Virus record (IMG/VR): IMGVR_UViG_2721755486_000001
Coordinates: 130,883 to 194,882 of that record
Direction: 5' to 3' (one strand)
DNA length: 64,000 nt
Origin: a virus
Lineage: Duplodnaviria; Caudoviricetes
Part shown: one piece after another, positions 1 through 9,758 of the stretch
How the letters are laid out: every line of letters begins with the position of its first letter
Position numbering within the stretch: the first letter of the stretch is position 1
Program-made: the position numbers and the translations under genes
Notes under the pieces: model-generated
Database searches by the model: none
What the model saw: the letters and a program-made list of their open reading frames with translations, nothing else
Told to the model about the DNA's origin: nothing

Positions 1-1
1 C

Positions 2-1114
2 AACGAGTTCAACCGGGACTACGCGCAGACGTTGGTGATCTGCGGGACCAACCGTGAGGTGCAACAGATGAACGAGGACATTCGCCAGGGATTCAAGGAC
101 CGGGGCCTGCTGGGCGACGACCAGCGGGTGCGGCTGATCGTCAACGACGAGTGGCGCCAGGAGATCGTGGCCACCGGTGACAAGGTGCTGTTCACCGAGA
201 AGCACGACGACCTGGGCGTGTCGAACGGCGAGGGCGGGATCGTCACTCAGCTCCGGCCGTCCGACGACAAGAAAAGCCACATCATGACCATCCGGCTGGT
301 CTCCGAGATCCCGGAGCAGAACGGGCGCTACGTGTCGTTCGACACGAAGGATTGCCCGGACGTCATGCTGGCCTACGCGGGCACCGTCCACAAGAGCCAA
401 GGCCAAAGCATCGACAAGACCCTGCACTACGTGGGTCCGGGCGGTGTGCACATGGTCAACAACCAGTCGGCGCTGGTGGCGATGACCCGGATGAAGGACG
501 AGTACGGCATCTACGGCGTGGACGAGGACCTGCTCGGGCGGATCGACGAGGACGGCACCCGGCGCGGTGGCATCGCCCAGGCCCTGACGGAGCAGGCCCT
601 GAACGTCACCACCATGGACGTTCAGCGGATCACCCGCGAGGAAGCGAAAGAGATCCGTCCGCAGCAGCGCGGGGCGGCCCGTCGTTTGGAACCGATCAAG
701 GCACCGCCGGAGCTGGCCGAGACCCGGGCGGAGGAGCGCGAGTCGATCAAGGCGCGCAGCATCGCCCAGGCGGCGGAGAGCGAGGAGGCATCCCGCCAGC
801 GCCTGGCCAGCGGGGCGACCACCGTGGACCTGCGCACGCGCGAGGCGGCGAACGAGCGGGAGGCGTCGACCGTCCAGACGAAGAGCCAGTTCGCGACGGC
901 CCTGCCGGAACTCACGGCTCACCGTGCCAAGGTACGGGCGGCGCACGAAGCACGGCAGAAGGCCGAGGCCCAGGCGTTGGCGAAGCGCGAGGCGGAGCAG
1001 CAGGCCTTGGCCGTGGCGCAGAAGACGGAGCAGGCGCGCAAGCTGGAGGCCGAACGGGTGCTGCGCTTGCAGCGCGAGCGCGAGGCCGAGGTGTTCTACG
1101 GTCGCAGCCGGTAA
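2..1114 (+). CDS. TraA/MobA-type relaxase-helicase, C-terminal RecD-like helicase part (5'-truncated by window)
   Basis: Helicase motifs LAYAGTVHKSQGQS and LVAMTRMK, GDKVLFT...GVSNG, followed by charged coiled-coil tail; frame open from window start. Confidence 0.75.
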   Translation, partial: NEFNRDYAQTLVICGTNREVQQMNEDIRQGFKDRGLLGDDQRVRLIVNDEWRQEIVATGDKVLFTEKHDDLGVSNGEGGIVTQLRPSDDKKSHIMTIRLVSEIPEQNGRYVSFDTKDCPDVMLAYAGTVHKSQGQSIDKTLHYVGPGGVHMVNNQSALVAMTRMKDEYGIYGVDEDLLGRIDEDGTRRGGIAQALTEQALNVTTMDVQRITREEAKEIRPQQRGAARRLEPIKAPPELAETRAEERESIKARSIAQAAESEEASRQRLASGATTVDLRTREAANEREASTVQTKSQFATALPELTAHRAKVRAAHEARQKAEAQALAKREAEQQALAVAQKTEQARKLEAERVLRLQREREAEVFYGRSR

Positions 1115-1296
1115 GAGGGAACAGGAGGCCCGGGATACCGGGCCTTCTTGGTACAACCACCCCAGCGTTCCCCTTTGATGACCCTTCAATAGAGTTCGTG
1201 CGGTTAAACTGACCAACGTGGGCTCCCGCGTCGCGGGCGAACCGTCAAGATGCACCTGAACGATGTACTGTATGGCGCAGGGGCGCCAAGGGGAAC

Positions 1297-2205
1297 GTGT
1301 TGATCACCATCAATACCGACAAGCAGCTCGTTCGTGTCGACACCTGGGACGAGATCAGTGAGCGGGCCGGTTTCACAAACGATCTTGATCCGAAGCAGCA
1401 CGAGCTGAAAGCGATCATCGGGCGGTATGCGTTTCGGGACAAACTTCGGTGTGGGTTGTCGAGCTGCCACACGCCGCACAACCGCGGCTACATCGTGGTG
1501 ACGAAGAGCGGACTCGAGACGAACATCGGCAAGGATTGCGGAAAGACCCACTTCGGTGTGGACTTCAGCGACATGTCGCGTCAGTTTGAGCGCGACGTGA
1601 CCGAGAAGGAGAACCGCGAAACGCTCTGGAGCTTCCATTTCCGTCTCGACGATCTGACGCAAGCGATCGACGGGATCCGGAAGGGCGACCGGGGCGCGGA
1701 TTGGCTGTACAAGCGCTCACGACCCCTGGTCGAACTGAACCGGGGGTGTCCGGCGGCGATCGTCCGCCGTGTGGGGGACATGATCAAAACGGGTAGCAGC
1801 TTGGTCGTGGTCCCGCGAGAGGCCACGAAAGCGGAGACCGATGCGGAAGAGGCTCGTACGGGTCGACGGGTACCGCGTCCGCACTACATCGACGAGCCCG
1901 TCGGGCAAATCGGGCATCTGGACGCGTTGTACCGAGAAAACGATGTCCGCGAGATCTTGGTGCTCGACCTGGAAGCGCGGTGCAAGGCACTCGCCGATCT
2001 CGACATCGACACCATGACCTATGAACAGTTGGCGAAATGGGTCAAGTGGACGGGCACGGTTGAAGAGAAGCTCCAACGGGCGCAGAACGCCGTGGAGTCC
2101 GGCCGCCAGTTGCTCACCCAGCGCAACTTGTCGTGCCTGTCGCGCATCCTCACGGACCCCGTGGATGCCGACGCGTTTGGGGAGTACCTGGCAACGCTCG
2201 ACTAA
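1297..2205 (+). CDS. Hypothetical protein with putative Zn-binding N-terminal motif
   Basis: 302-aa ORF; CGLSSCHTPH...GKDCG Cys/His cluster; followed by hairpin terminator. Confidence 0.7.
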   Translation: MLITINTDKQLVRVDTWDEISERAGFTNDLDPKQHELKAIIGRYAFRDKLRCGLSSCHTPHNRGYIVVTKSGLETNIGKDCGKTHFGVDFSDMSRQFERDVTEKENRETLWSFHFRLDDLTQAIDGIRKGDRGADWLYKRSRPLVELNRGCPAAIVRRVGDMIKTGSSLVVVPREATKAETDAEEARTGRRVPRPHYIDEPVGQIGHLDALYRENDVREILVLDLEARCKALADLDIDTMTYEQLAKWVKWTGTVEEKLQRAQNAVESGRQLLTQRNLSCLSRILTDPVDADAFGEYLATLD

Positions 2206-2232
2206 CCTCTTCGATGAGGCGTGGCTCGTGCA

Positions 2233-2258
2233 AAAGGCCCGGTTCATCCGGGCCTTTG
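2233..2258. terminator. Bidirectional intrinsic terminator
   Basis: aaaggcccgg-ttcat-ccgggccttt between convergent genes. Confidence 0.7.
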
Positions 2259-2275
2259 TCATACAGCGGTGCGCG

Positions 2276-2722
2276 TCAGCGTCGGCGCGCGCTGGCCATG
2301 AGGCGCTCGATCAGGCCCACGGCCACGTCGGTGAGACGGTACCCGTCGGCGCTGACCCGTGCCTTGACCTGGCGGTACAGCGGCGTGGGCAGGTCCAGGC
2401 TCAGGCGTTCCCGATCGTCAGCGGGCGCGACCGGCGCGACGGCCACGGTCACCGTCCCGGCCAGCCAGTCCTCCAGCAGACCGCGCAGCAGGGTGGTGAG
2501 CGTCGACCCGGAGGCTTCCGCCCTGGCTTCGAGGAACCGTTTGTGCGCGAGCGGCAGGCGTACGTGGAATCGCGTGCTGCCCGCGGCGTTGTTCCCCTTG
2601 CGTTGCGCCTCCGGGGTGCGGACCAGGCGCAACGCGGGCGGGGGCACCACAACGGCCGGCTTCTCGTCCTGGGCTTTGCGGGCGCTGGGGCGTTGAAACG
2701 AAAGCGTCGTCTTCACAGGCAC
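2276..2722 (-). CDS. Tandem ribbon-helix-helix protein (ParG-like partner of ParA)
   Basis: Directly downstream of parA; two RHH-like segments (TRFHVRLPLAHKRFLE...; RLSLDLPTPLYRQVKAR...). Confidence 0.65.
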   Translation of the reverse strand: MPVKTTLSFQRPSARKAQDEKPAVVVPPPALRLVRTPEAQRKGNNAAGSTRFHVRLPLAHKRFLEARAEASGSTLTTLLRGLLEDWLAGTVTVAVAPVAPADDRERLSLDLPTPLYRQVKARVSADGYRLTDVAVGLIERLMASARRR

Positions 2723-2726
2723 CCCC

Positions 2727-3425
2727 TCACGCTGCGGCGCGGTCGGCGGCGTGGCACGTCGCCAGCATCGCCAGGACCTCGCGCGCCACGCCCCGCATTT
2801 CGGCCTGGGCCTGCGCGTCCGAGTGCTGGAACACCGTCACCCCGTTGGCCGCCGCTTCGACGTAGCTCTTGCGGGCGTGCATCACGGTGTCCAGCACCGG
2901 GATCCCCGTTTCCAGCAACGCTTCCCGGGTCAGGCGGGCCAGGCGCGAGCGCGGCGACGCCTGGGTGATCAGGAACGCGGCTTTCGTGCGCCCGTCCGTG
3001 ATGTCCATCCGGGTGCGCACCATGTCGACCAGCTTGGCGTTGGCCCACATGTCGAACGCCGACGGCTGGATGGGCAGCAGCACGAAATCGGCGGCACGCA
3101 CCGCGGCGATCGTCCCCGGGTTCGAGGCTTCGATCCCCGGGCAGTCGAACACCCGCAGGTCGCGCGGCTCCCGCACCGTCGCCAGGAACTGGTCGAGTGT
3201 GGGGCGCGGGCACGCCAGCACCGGGAACGGACGGGCACCGTCGCCGGCGGCCTCGTGCCATTCGCTCGCGGACATCTGGGGGTCCAGGTCGAAAAGCTGG
3301 GCGTCGTACCCCGGGCCCAGCTCCACGCCCAGCTCCTGGGCGATGGCGTCCGGCAGGTTCACGCATGTGGTGGTCTTGCTCGTACCGCCCTTGGTGCTGC
3401 ACGCAACGATGGTGATCGGCTTCAT
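2727..3425 (-). CDS. parA: ParA family partition ATPase
   Basis: Deviant Walker A STKGGTSKTT, DLDPQ, FDCPG, ADFVLLPIQPS. Confidence 0.9.
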   Translation of the reverse strand: MKPITIVACSTKGGTSKTTTCVNLPDAIAQELGVELGPGYDAQLFDLDPQMSASEWHEAAGDGARPFPVLACPRPTLDQFLATVREPRDLRVFDCPGIEASNPGTIAAVRAADFVLLPIQPSAFDMWANAKLVDMVRTRMDITDGRTKAAFLITQASPRSRLARLTREALLETGIPVLDTVMHARKSYVEAAANGVTVFQHSDAQAQAEMRGVAREVLAMLATCHAADRAAA

Positions 3426-3446
3426 GAGGGTGTCCTTTTTCTAGGT

Positions 3447-3545
3447 GTGCCGTGGCACGGCTTGTCGGGTAATGACCGTGCAGTGGCACGGATGACTGGC
3501 ATGTAACCACGGGTACCGATATGATGTCAACATGTGCCGTGGCAC
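3447..3545. promoter_or_regulatory. Three GTGCC-NN-GGCAC palindromes upstream of parA (centromere/operator candidate)
   Basis: Copies at 3447-3458, 3478-3489 (1 mismatch) and 3534-3545. Confidence 0.6.
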
Positions 3546-3802
3546 GTCTTAATGATCGCTAGAATCCTTGAGGGGAAAGGCTTCCAGCGAAATCAGGCGT
3601 TGGGTCACGTGTACATGGGCGGGCGAGCCCACCGGCGCGCGATGATGGCCGAAGGCGGGGTGCTGGTGGGTTGCCCGAGGTTTTGACGCCACGCGACGGT
3701 GGGACCGTCATCGTTACGTTTGCAAAACCGGATTTGTGTGCAATCCTGGAAAAACGCTCGGCCCTGGGCCGGCTCAACCACGACCTGTTGGAGGTATTTG
3801 AA

Positions 3803-4309
3803 ATGTCGCGCTTATCGTTGTCGCGTGTGTTTGTTCTTCCCCCGGACCTGGCGCTCGAAGACCTGAACGGTCGGACGCTCGACCAGTGGGACCGGTACGG
3901 CGTCCTGGGCTGGGACGATGGCTGCGCGTCGTACTTCCTGACGCTGCAACCCCGTGGCCACGACATGCCCGTGTGGTCGTTCGGCGACCGGGCGGCGGAG
4001 TTCGGCTCGCCCTGGGTCCTGCAACAGGTCCTGCGAGTGCTGTTCAACGTCGACCAGGCGGGCGTGGAGAAGGGCTGGTTCGCGTTCAAGCCCGGCATGG
4101 CGGAGCGCCTGGCGAACGATCGGGACACGTATTTCGACCGGCACCCGGTGGCGGAGAACGCACGGGAAGCAGCGGACGACCTGCTCCGATCGTTCCACGA
4201 GGAGGACGCGTCGTATCAGCCGTACGCGGCGCCACTGCCCTTGGACGAGGCGTGGCTGCTGGCGCACGCCCTGGTCGAACCGGTACCGCGCCAGGCGGTC
4301 CCGGCATGA
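3803..4309 (+). CDS. Hypothetical protein
   Basis: GGAGG RBS before ATG 3803; followed by terminator aaagcgggcc-gt-ggcccgcttttt. Confidence 0.6.
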   Translation: MSRLSLSRVFVLPPDLALEDLNGRTLDQWDRYGVLGWDDGCASYFLTLQPRGHDMPVWSFGDRAAEFGSPWVLQQVLRVLFNVDQAGVEKGWFAFKPGMAERLANDRDTYFDRHPVAENAREAADDLLRSFHEEDASYQPYAAPLPLDEAWLLAHALVEPVPRQAVPA

Positions 4310-4366
4310 CGGCGCGCTGGGAGGAGGGCGCACCAAGAAGAAAGCGGGCCGTGGCCCGCTTTTTCG

Positions 4367-4798
4367 TTACTGGTGCTCGGCGTTCCAGCGCTGGATCAGC
4401 GCCGAGGTGATCTCGATCATCGAGCAATCGAGCTTCACGCATTGCAGCTTGAACCGCTTGTACACCTTCTCGGGCAGGTCCGCCACGAACCGCACGCCCA
4501 CCTTCGCGTTGTTCGGCTTGGGCTGACGACCGGGCCAGTCGTCCCGCGGCGTTTTGAAGTCCGGCAGCTCGACCACCTCCAGCTCGAACGCGCCCGACAG
4601 CCACCGCTCGACTTCCCGGGTGAAGGTCTCGGTCATTTGCAGACCGTTCTGCGCGGTCAGGTGCGCGAACGTGTCCTTGTCCTTCTTCCAGAGGTAGCCG
4701 TGGACACGTTTGACGGGGATGGGATGGCCCCGTGGTGCACGGGTCCGTTTCACAGCCCCTTCGTCGGCCAGGTCCATCACGTCCGTTGTCGTCGCCAT
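4367..4798 (-). CDS. Second tandem-RHH (ParG-like) DNA-binding protein
   Basis: C-terminal VRFVADLPEKVYKRFKLQCVKLDCSMIEITSALIQRW resembles ParG; palindromes at 4870 and 4961 upstream. Confidence 0.6.
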   Translation of the reverse strand: MATTTDVMDLADEGAVKRTRAPRGHPIPVKRVHGYLWKKDKDTFAHLTAQNGLQMTETFTREVERWLSGAFELEVVELPDFKTPRDDWPGRQPKPNNAKVGVRFVADLPEKVYKRFKLQCVKLDCSMIEITSALIQRWNAEHQ

Positions 4799-5084
4799 CC
4801 CTTGAAATCCCGTTGATGCTGAAAGCCCGAGCTTCTCAAGATTCGCCCGGGCGTGCAAGCACTTCTTACGTGCCGTGGCACACCTTGGGCACGCTGACCC
4901 ACCGGCAACCCCAAGGCGGGTCCAGCCGGGCACCTCATGGGCTCCCGGTGGCCTGGATCCGTGCCACAGCACGGGTGACCCCCACCCCGAACGTCTGAAC
5001 CTCGAACGGCTGAACGTCCCGCGGCGTTGCTCGCCGCGCCGTGCCGGTCTCCCCCGTGGGCGCGTGGTCCACACCTTTCCGTGG

Positions 5085-5297
5085 TCGCTGCCCGGTCCGC
5101 CTTAACCCGACGTCTAGCCCAACACTGTGCCCCTGGTGGGGCAATGGTGCGCTCCGCTGATCGGTCCTCACCCGGTCCTTCACCCCTTCGTGGTTCAGGC
5201 GTGCGGCTTCCGGCGATCCCATGGCCCCGGGTCCCGGCAGGGCTTCTCCGACGTCAGGCGGCTCCAGACAGCAGAAACCCACGGAAAGGACACAGCC
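5085..5297 (+). repeat. Conserved upstream repeat, copy 1 of 3
   Basis: Colinear blocks shared with 7122-7345 and 8951-9150 (ccgacg..tag.ccaa, ctg.tggggcaa, cgtgcggcWtccgg, tggccccg, cgtca..gcg, cccac..agga). Confidence 0.8.
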
Positions 5298-5693
5298 ATG
5301 ACCACGACGAACCCACAGACCGGCACGAGCAGCGCAAACCGCGACGGTTCCTTCGCCTCCCAGGCTCACCAAACAGCAGGTGTAACGGCACCGGCCCAAC
5401 CGTTCAAGAACGAGTGCTACGCCACCGAGGTGATCAACGGCACCCCCGAGCGTTTCGACGCGATCGAGATTCAGGGCGTCCGCGAGGAGATCGACCTGAT
5501 CGACCCGGCGAAGAGCTGCTGCGAGGTGGACAACCAGAACCCGCAGTTTTTCTCCGTCTACCTGCACGAGGTGGAGGGCGGCGTGGCGGGCGTGGCGGAC
5601 CTTGCGACGCATGAGCTGGCCGTGGCCTACGCCGAGCAACTGGCGGGTCGCTACGACTGGGCGATCTACGACTACTACCTGACCAACGTTTAA
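5298..5693 (+). CDS. Hypothetical acidic protein (leading-region-like)
   Basis: AAAGGA RBS, ATG 5298; directly behind repeat copy 1. Confidence 0.7.
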   Translation: MTTTNPQTGTSSANRDGSFASQAHQTAGVTAPAQPFKNECYATEVINGTPERFDAIEIQGVREEIDLIDPAKSCCEVDNQNPQFFSVYLHEVEGGVAGVADLATHELAVAYAEQLAGRYDWAIYDYYLTNV

Positions 5694-5704
5694 GGACCAC
5701 GACC

Positions 5705-6463
5705 ATGACGACGACCACCATCTCCGGCATCTCCGCACCCCGCGCCCGTGGTTGGGTGCACGACGGCGAGGTCCGCGAACTGGCGATCGACGGGACCACG
5801 TACCGCTTCCGGCTCAACGTCGAAACCGACGACGACAAGGGCGCCCCGTGGGACGAGGAGGACGGCCACGGCCCGGTGAGCGACTGGACCACGCGCGACA
5901 AGCGCCCGGGCGAGTGGGTCCTTTCGAGCGACCACGGCAGCAAGCGGTTCTACGACGTGGCCGAGGCCAACCGCATCGCGAAGCGTGACGGCTGGGGCTT
6001 GTCCGACGCGCAGCGTCAGGCGTTGATCGCCCGGCTGGCGAAGGACCGCGTGGTGCGCCGCCCCGTGGGCAATGCGACCGTGTCCCACCGTTTCGGCGGG
6101 CTGATGCAGGAGCACCGCCGCGCGACGGAGACCGTGACCATCCCTGGGCGTGACCCGAGCAAACCCCTGACCGAGGGCGAGTTGCGCGCCGAGGCGGTGC
6201 GTCTGGACTTCGAGCACCTGCGCCGCTGGGCCGCCGACCAGTGGCACTGGGTGGGCGTGGTCGTGACTCTGCTGGGCGAGGACGAGGACATGGACGACCT
6301 CGTGGCGAACGATTACGGGCACGCGTTGTGGGGCATCGACAGCGACAGCGACGGGTACCTCGAGGGCGTGGCCATGGATCTGATGGCGGAGGCCGCCAAC
6401 GAGGCGCACCGCGAGACCCTGGAAGCGGCGCACTGGGCGTCGCGCGACGTCGAAACCCACTGA
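5705..6463 (+). CDS. Hypothetical protein
   Basis: 252-aa ORF, AAGGA RBS, GC3-biased codons. Confidence 0.75.
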   Translation: MTTTTISGISAPRARGWVHDGEVRELAIDGTTYRFRLNVETDDDKGAPWDEEDGHGPVSDWTTRDKRPGEWVLSSDHGSKRFYDVAEANRIAKRDGWGLSDAQRQALIARLAKDRVVRRPVGNATVSHRFGGLMQEHRRATETVTIPGRDPSKPLTEGELRAEAVRLDFEHLRRWAADQWHWVGVVVTLLGEDEDMDDLVANDYGHALWGIDSDSDGYLEGVAMDLMAEAANEAHRETLEAAHWASRDVETH

Positions 6464-6518
6464 TTCACCCGGATCCGTGCCACGGCACGGGTCCACCCCA
6501 TCAAAAACGGAGAACACG

Positions 6519-6773
6519 ATGGCACGCAAGAACGCACGCACCGTCCGGACCCAGGCCCTGGTCGACGGGTTCCGCGGCAACGACAACGAGTTTTCCATGC
6601 TCAAGGGGGTGCTGTGCATGGCCCACGGCTGGAGCTACCCCGACAACCAACGGCTGGGCGTGCTGATCGACAGCTCGCTGATCGCTCAGCGGATGGACGA
6701 GATCAACAACGAAGCCCGGGCCCGCATGCTCGCCGAGCTGGACGCGATGAAGCGGGGCGAGTCGACGACCTGA
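6519..6773 (+). CDS. Hypothetical protein
   Basis: GGAGA RBS; palindrome at 6477-6488 upstream. Confidence 0.65.
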   Translation: MARKNARTVRTQALVDGFRGNDNEFSMLKGVLCMAHGWSYPDNQRLGVLIDSSLIAQRMDEINNEARARMLAELDAMKRGESTT

Positions 6774-7121
6774 CGGGCGGGGTGCCCCGCGAGGGCGGGG
6801 CTGCAAAACGGCGCGGGCAGGCGATTCGGCCACTGATCGCTATCGACGCCACTACGGTGCTGCTGACGCTCAACCGCCGGAGCCCGCGGGACCACGACCG
6901 GCCGGGATGGCCTGGCAGGGCGTGAAAAGCGGCGCTCGAACCGTCCAGCGCGGAGGGCCGCTCCGAGCGTTGGGCGAAGCATCCAGCAGGTGCTCCGCTG
7001 ACGGCAACGACCACGGCACTCGACCGTAGGGCGGCCGAGCATCGACGGGCGGGTTGCCCGTCGGCGGTGGTGTCAAGCGTGGCGCGGTGATCCCTGGGCT
7101 CAGGGGTGGTTGAAAACGTTC

Positions 7122-7345
7122 GTTGCTCCCCGGTCCGCCTTTCACCGACGCATAGGCCAAACCGTCCCACTGGTGGGGCAAGGGTGCTGCGCAGCGTTGC
7201 CACGTTCCTCTCCCGTTCCCCTTGTTCCTCGGCGCGTGCGGCATCCGGGCGTGCCCTGGCCCCGTGGTCCTGTTCGTCCTCTTTATGCGTCAAGGCGGCT
7301 CCGAAGAGCAAACGAACTCAACCCACCCTGAGAAGGAGAAACACC
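7122..7345 (+). repeat. Conserved upstream repeat, copy 2 of 3
   Basis: Aligns block by block with copies 1 and 3; ends at AAGGAG RBS. Confidence 0.8.
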
Positions 7346-7840
7346 ATGGCTCACCTTACCGACACCACCGCACAAGCCAAACCGCGCCGTTCCTCGCGCC
7401 CCAAGGCTTCCCAAGAGCAAGTTTCCAACGTCAACAACCAGGAGGGGACCATGACGACCAGCACCGCAGCAGCACCGGCAGCAGATGCCACCTTCGCCGA
7501 CGTGGCGGACGCCACCAGCAACACCGGTACGGCAGAGGGCACCACGGCAGCAGCACCCGCACCGGCGGGCAAGGCTCCCGAAGCGGACAAGCCGAAGGTC
7601 CACTACCTGCGCGTGTTCGTGCTGGCCACCACGGCCGCCGGCACCCACGAGTTCTTCACCACCATCGTCGGCGCGACCGACGAGGAGATCGCGGGCAAGA
7701 AGCACCTGAGCAAGGCCACCCGCAAGGCGATGGTCGAGGGGTATCGCTGGCCGATGACCCCGTTCGACGAGCGGAGCGCAGCAGCGCGTCAGCTCGACGT
7801 GATGGCAGGCCGTCAGGCGGATGCGATGGCCCGCGCGTAA
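7346..7840 (+). CDS. Hypothetical protein with low-complexity N-terminus
   Basis: AAGGAG RBS; alternative start near 7451. Confidence 0.65.
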   Translation: MAHLTDTTAQAKPRRSSRPKASQEQVSNVNNQEGTMTTSTAAAPAADATFADVADATSNTGTAEGTTAAAPAPAGKAPEADKPKVHYLRVFVLATTAAGTHEFFTTIVGATDEEIAGKKHLSKATRKAMVEGYRWPMTPFDERSAAARQLDVMAGRQADAMARA

Positions 7841-7896
7841 GGCGTCCCCGGCGGGGTGGTGACACCCCGCTGGACCTTTCCACCGAGGAGATCGCG

Positions 7897-8076
7897 ATGA
7901 CCCGGAACGACTACAAGAAGGCCCGACGACTGCTGCGCGACAACGGGCGGTACGCGCTGCGCTGGCTCCCGGCCGACGTGGCGGCGGTGATGGACCGCCT
8001 GATGTTCACGAAGACCCGCGATCCGCTGGCGGACCGGGCGTTCATGAAGGACTACGACCGCCGGCTGGCGGGCTGA
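7897..8076 (+). CDS. Small hypothetical protein
   Basis: GAGGAG RBS, MTRNDYKKARRLL... Confidence 0.6.
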   Translation: MTRNDYKKARRLLRDNGRYALRWLPADVAAVMDRLMFTKTRDPLADRAFMKDYDRRLAG

Positions 8077-8131
8077 CCAACACGGGACCCGCACGCTACG
8101 GTTTGCCGGGTCCCACCCAACGGAGAGAACG

Positions 8132-8434
8132 ATGCACCACCTGACAACGAAATACGCACCGGACGAACGTGTGGCGGCGGTGGTGCGCCGCACCGGTTGC
8201 ACCGAGCAACAAGCGGTCAACGAGCTGATCGCGGAGGAGGGCGGTGTGGACGACGCGGTGCGGAACCTGAACGGCATGGCTCGCACCACGGGCGACGATC
8301 CGCGACTGCTCCCCCGGGCTGACTGGCAGACCCAGGCGCGCGGGACGAACGACGCCGAATACGAGATCTACCGGACGAACGCGGAATCGCTGGGCTGGCG
8401 GGTGAAGTCCTACGACGAGTGGCTCAACAGCTAA
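8132..8434 (+). CDS. Small hypothetical protein
   Basis: GGAGA RBS; flanked by two hairpins with near-identical loops. Confidence 0.65.
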   Translation: MHHLTTKYAPDERVAAVVRRTGCTEQQAVNELIAEEGGVDDAVRNLNGMARTTGDDPRLLPRADWQTQARGTNDAEYEIYRTNAESLGWRVKSYDEWLNS

Positions 8435-8950
8435 CCCCCAGGCCGTGCCCAGGCACGGCCCGTCCCCGCACGCTACGGTTTGACGGGGACGGCAGCACGA
8501 CGTGGCCGGCGGACCGACTGGCCGCTACCAGGTCCCGGTGCGGGTGGGCCCTGGCAGCGGGGGAGCGGAACGCGCGGGGGCGTTCCGCCAACGTCAACAC
8601 CGCCCGGGGACCCGGGCACTCGAACGGCAGGCCTTCGGCCTCGATCGCGGGCAGGACGTCGTCCCCTGGGCGAGGGCGCGGAAGCGATCGACCGGGCCTC
8701 CGGCCCCGGGGTGTTTCCCTCGGGTCCGGTACCACCCTCGGACGGTGTCCTCGTTCGGCTCGCCCAGCACGTCCTGCCCGACCAGGCGGCGCGCTCTCGC
8801 GCGTCGCAACGCTGGCACCGTGCCTGGGCACGGCTTGACCATCCCCCCCCTGCACAGCATTTCCCCCGGAACCGCGCACGACGCACCACCCAGTCCACGG
8901 CATCGCGATGCGTTCCCGCGCTGGGTGCGGGTCCATTCCCCTGTTGCGCG

Positions 8951-9150
8951 ACTGCTCCCTTTCGCCTCCCGACCGACGTGTAGCCCAACCCGTTCCCCTG
9001 TTGGGGCAAGGCACCGCTGGCGCTCGTCGTCCTCTCCCGGTCCCTTCGGGCGTGCGGCATCCGGCGACGGCCTGGCCCCGGTTCCCGGGCTGGTCTGTTC
9101 CCACGTCACGGCGAAAACGGGAAGCAGAACCCACTCACAGGAGAACAGAC
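8951..9150 (+). repeat. Conserved upstream repeat, copy 3 of 3
   Basis: Aligns with copies 1 and 2; ends at AGGAGA RBS. Confidence 0.8.
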
Positions 9151-9480
9151 ATGACCCGCACCCAGCAACGCATCGCGACCACGAACGTCCTGGCCCAGGA
9201 CGTTCCCTTCTCGATCCCGGCTCAACAAAAAGCAGATGTGGTGAAGCTCGACCGCGACACCTGCCTGCGCTACGACCTGACCGGTGGCCCGGTTTACGTC
9301 ACGCGCGAGGCTGCAGAAAGCCCCTACATCGAGCAGGCGCTGGAATGGTTCACAGATGCACCGGGCAGCATCGAGACCGGCATGACGGTGGTCATCGCCC
9401 CGGGCCTCGAATGCCTGTTTGGCTTCGACCCGCACGCCTCGAATCGGGACGCGTTTTTCCTCTACATCTGGAAGAACTGA
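9151..9480 (+). CDS. Hypothetical protein
   Basis: AGGAGA RBS, ATG 9151. Confidence 0.7.
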   Translation: MTRTQQRIATTNVLAQDVPFSIPAQQKADVVKLDRDTCLRYDLTGGPVYVTREAAESPYIEQALEWFTDAPGSIETGMTVVIAPGLECLFGFDPHASNRDAFFLYIWKN

Positions 9481-9533
9481 GCACCCAGCCGGGTGCTGCG
9501 GCGCCCGGCATCACCACCACGAGGACCACGACG

Positions 9534-9758
9534 ATGACCCGCACCCCCAAGACCCGGACGCTTTACTCGGTCCGCTACTACCGCACCGGCCACGTGATCG
9601 GCACCGCCATCGGGCACAAGGCCCGGCTGGTCCCGCTGCGGATCGCCAGACGCATCGCGCGGCGCTTGCGCCGGAGCGGGCTGGAGGTCCAGCTCGCGTC
9701 CATGGTCGTGCGCCTGACCCCGGCGCAAGCCGAGCACCTGGCGCGGCGCTACGGGTAG
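9534..9758 (+). CDS. Small basic hypothetical protein
   Basis: GAGGA RBS, MTRTPKTRTLYSVRYY... Confidence 0.55.
   Translation: MTRTPKTRTLYSVRYYRTGHVIGTAIGHKARLVPLRIARRIARRLRRSGLEVQLASMVVRLTPAQAEHLARRYG

Noticed and set aside
6774-7120. oriT of the conjugative element
   Set aside because: GC-rich noncoding DNA with hairpins, but no nic consensus I can recognise
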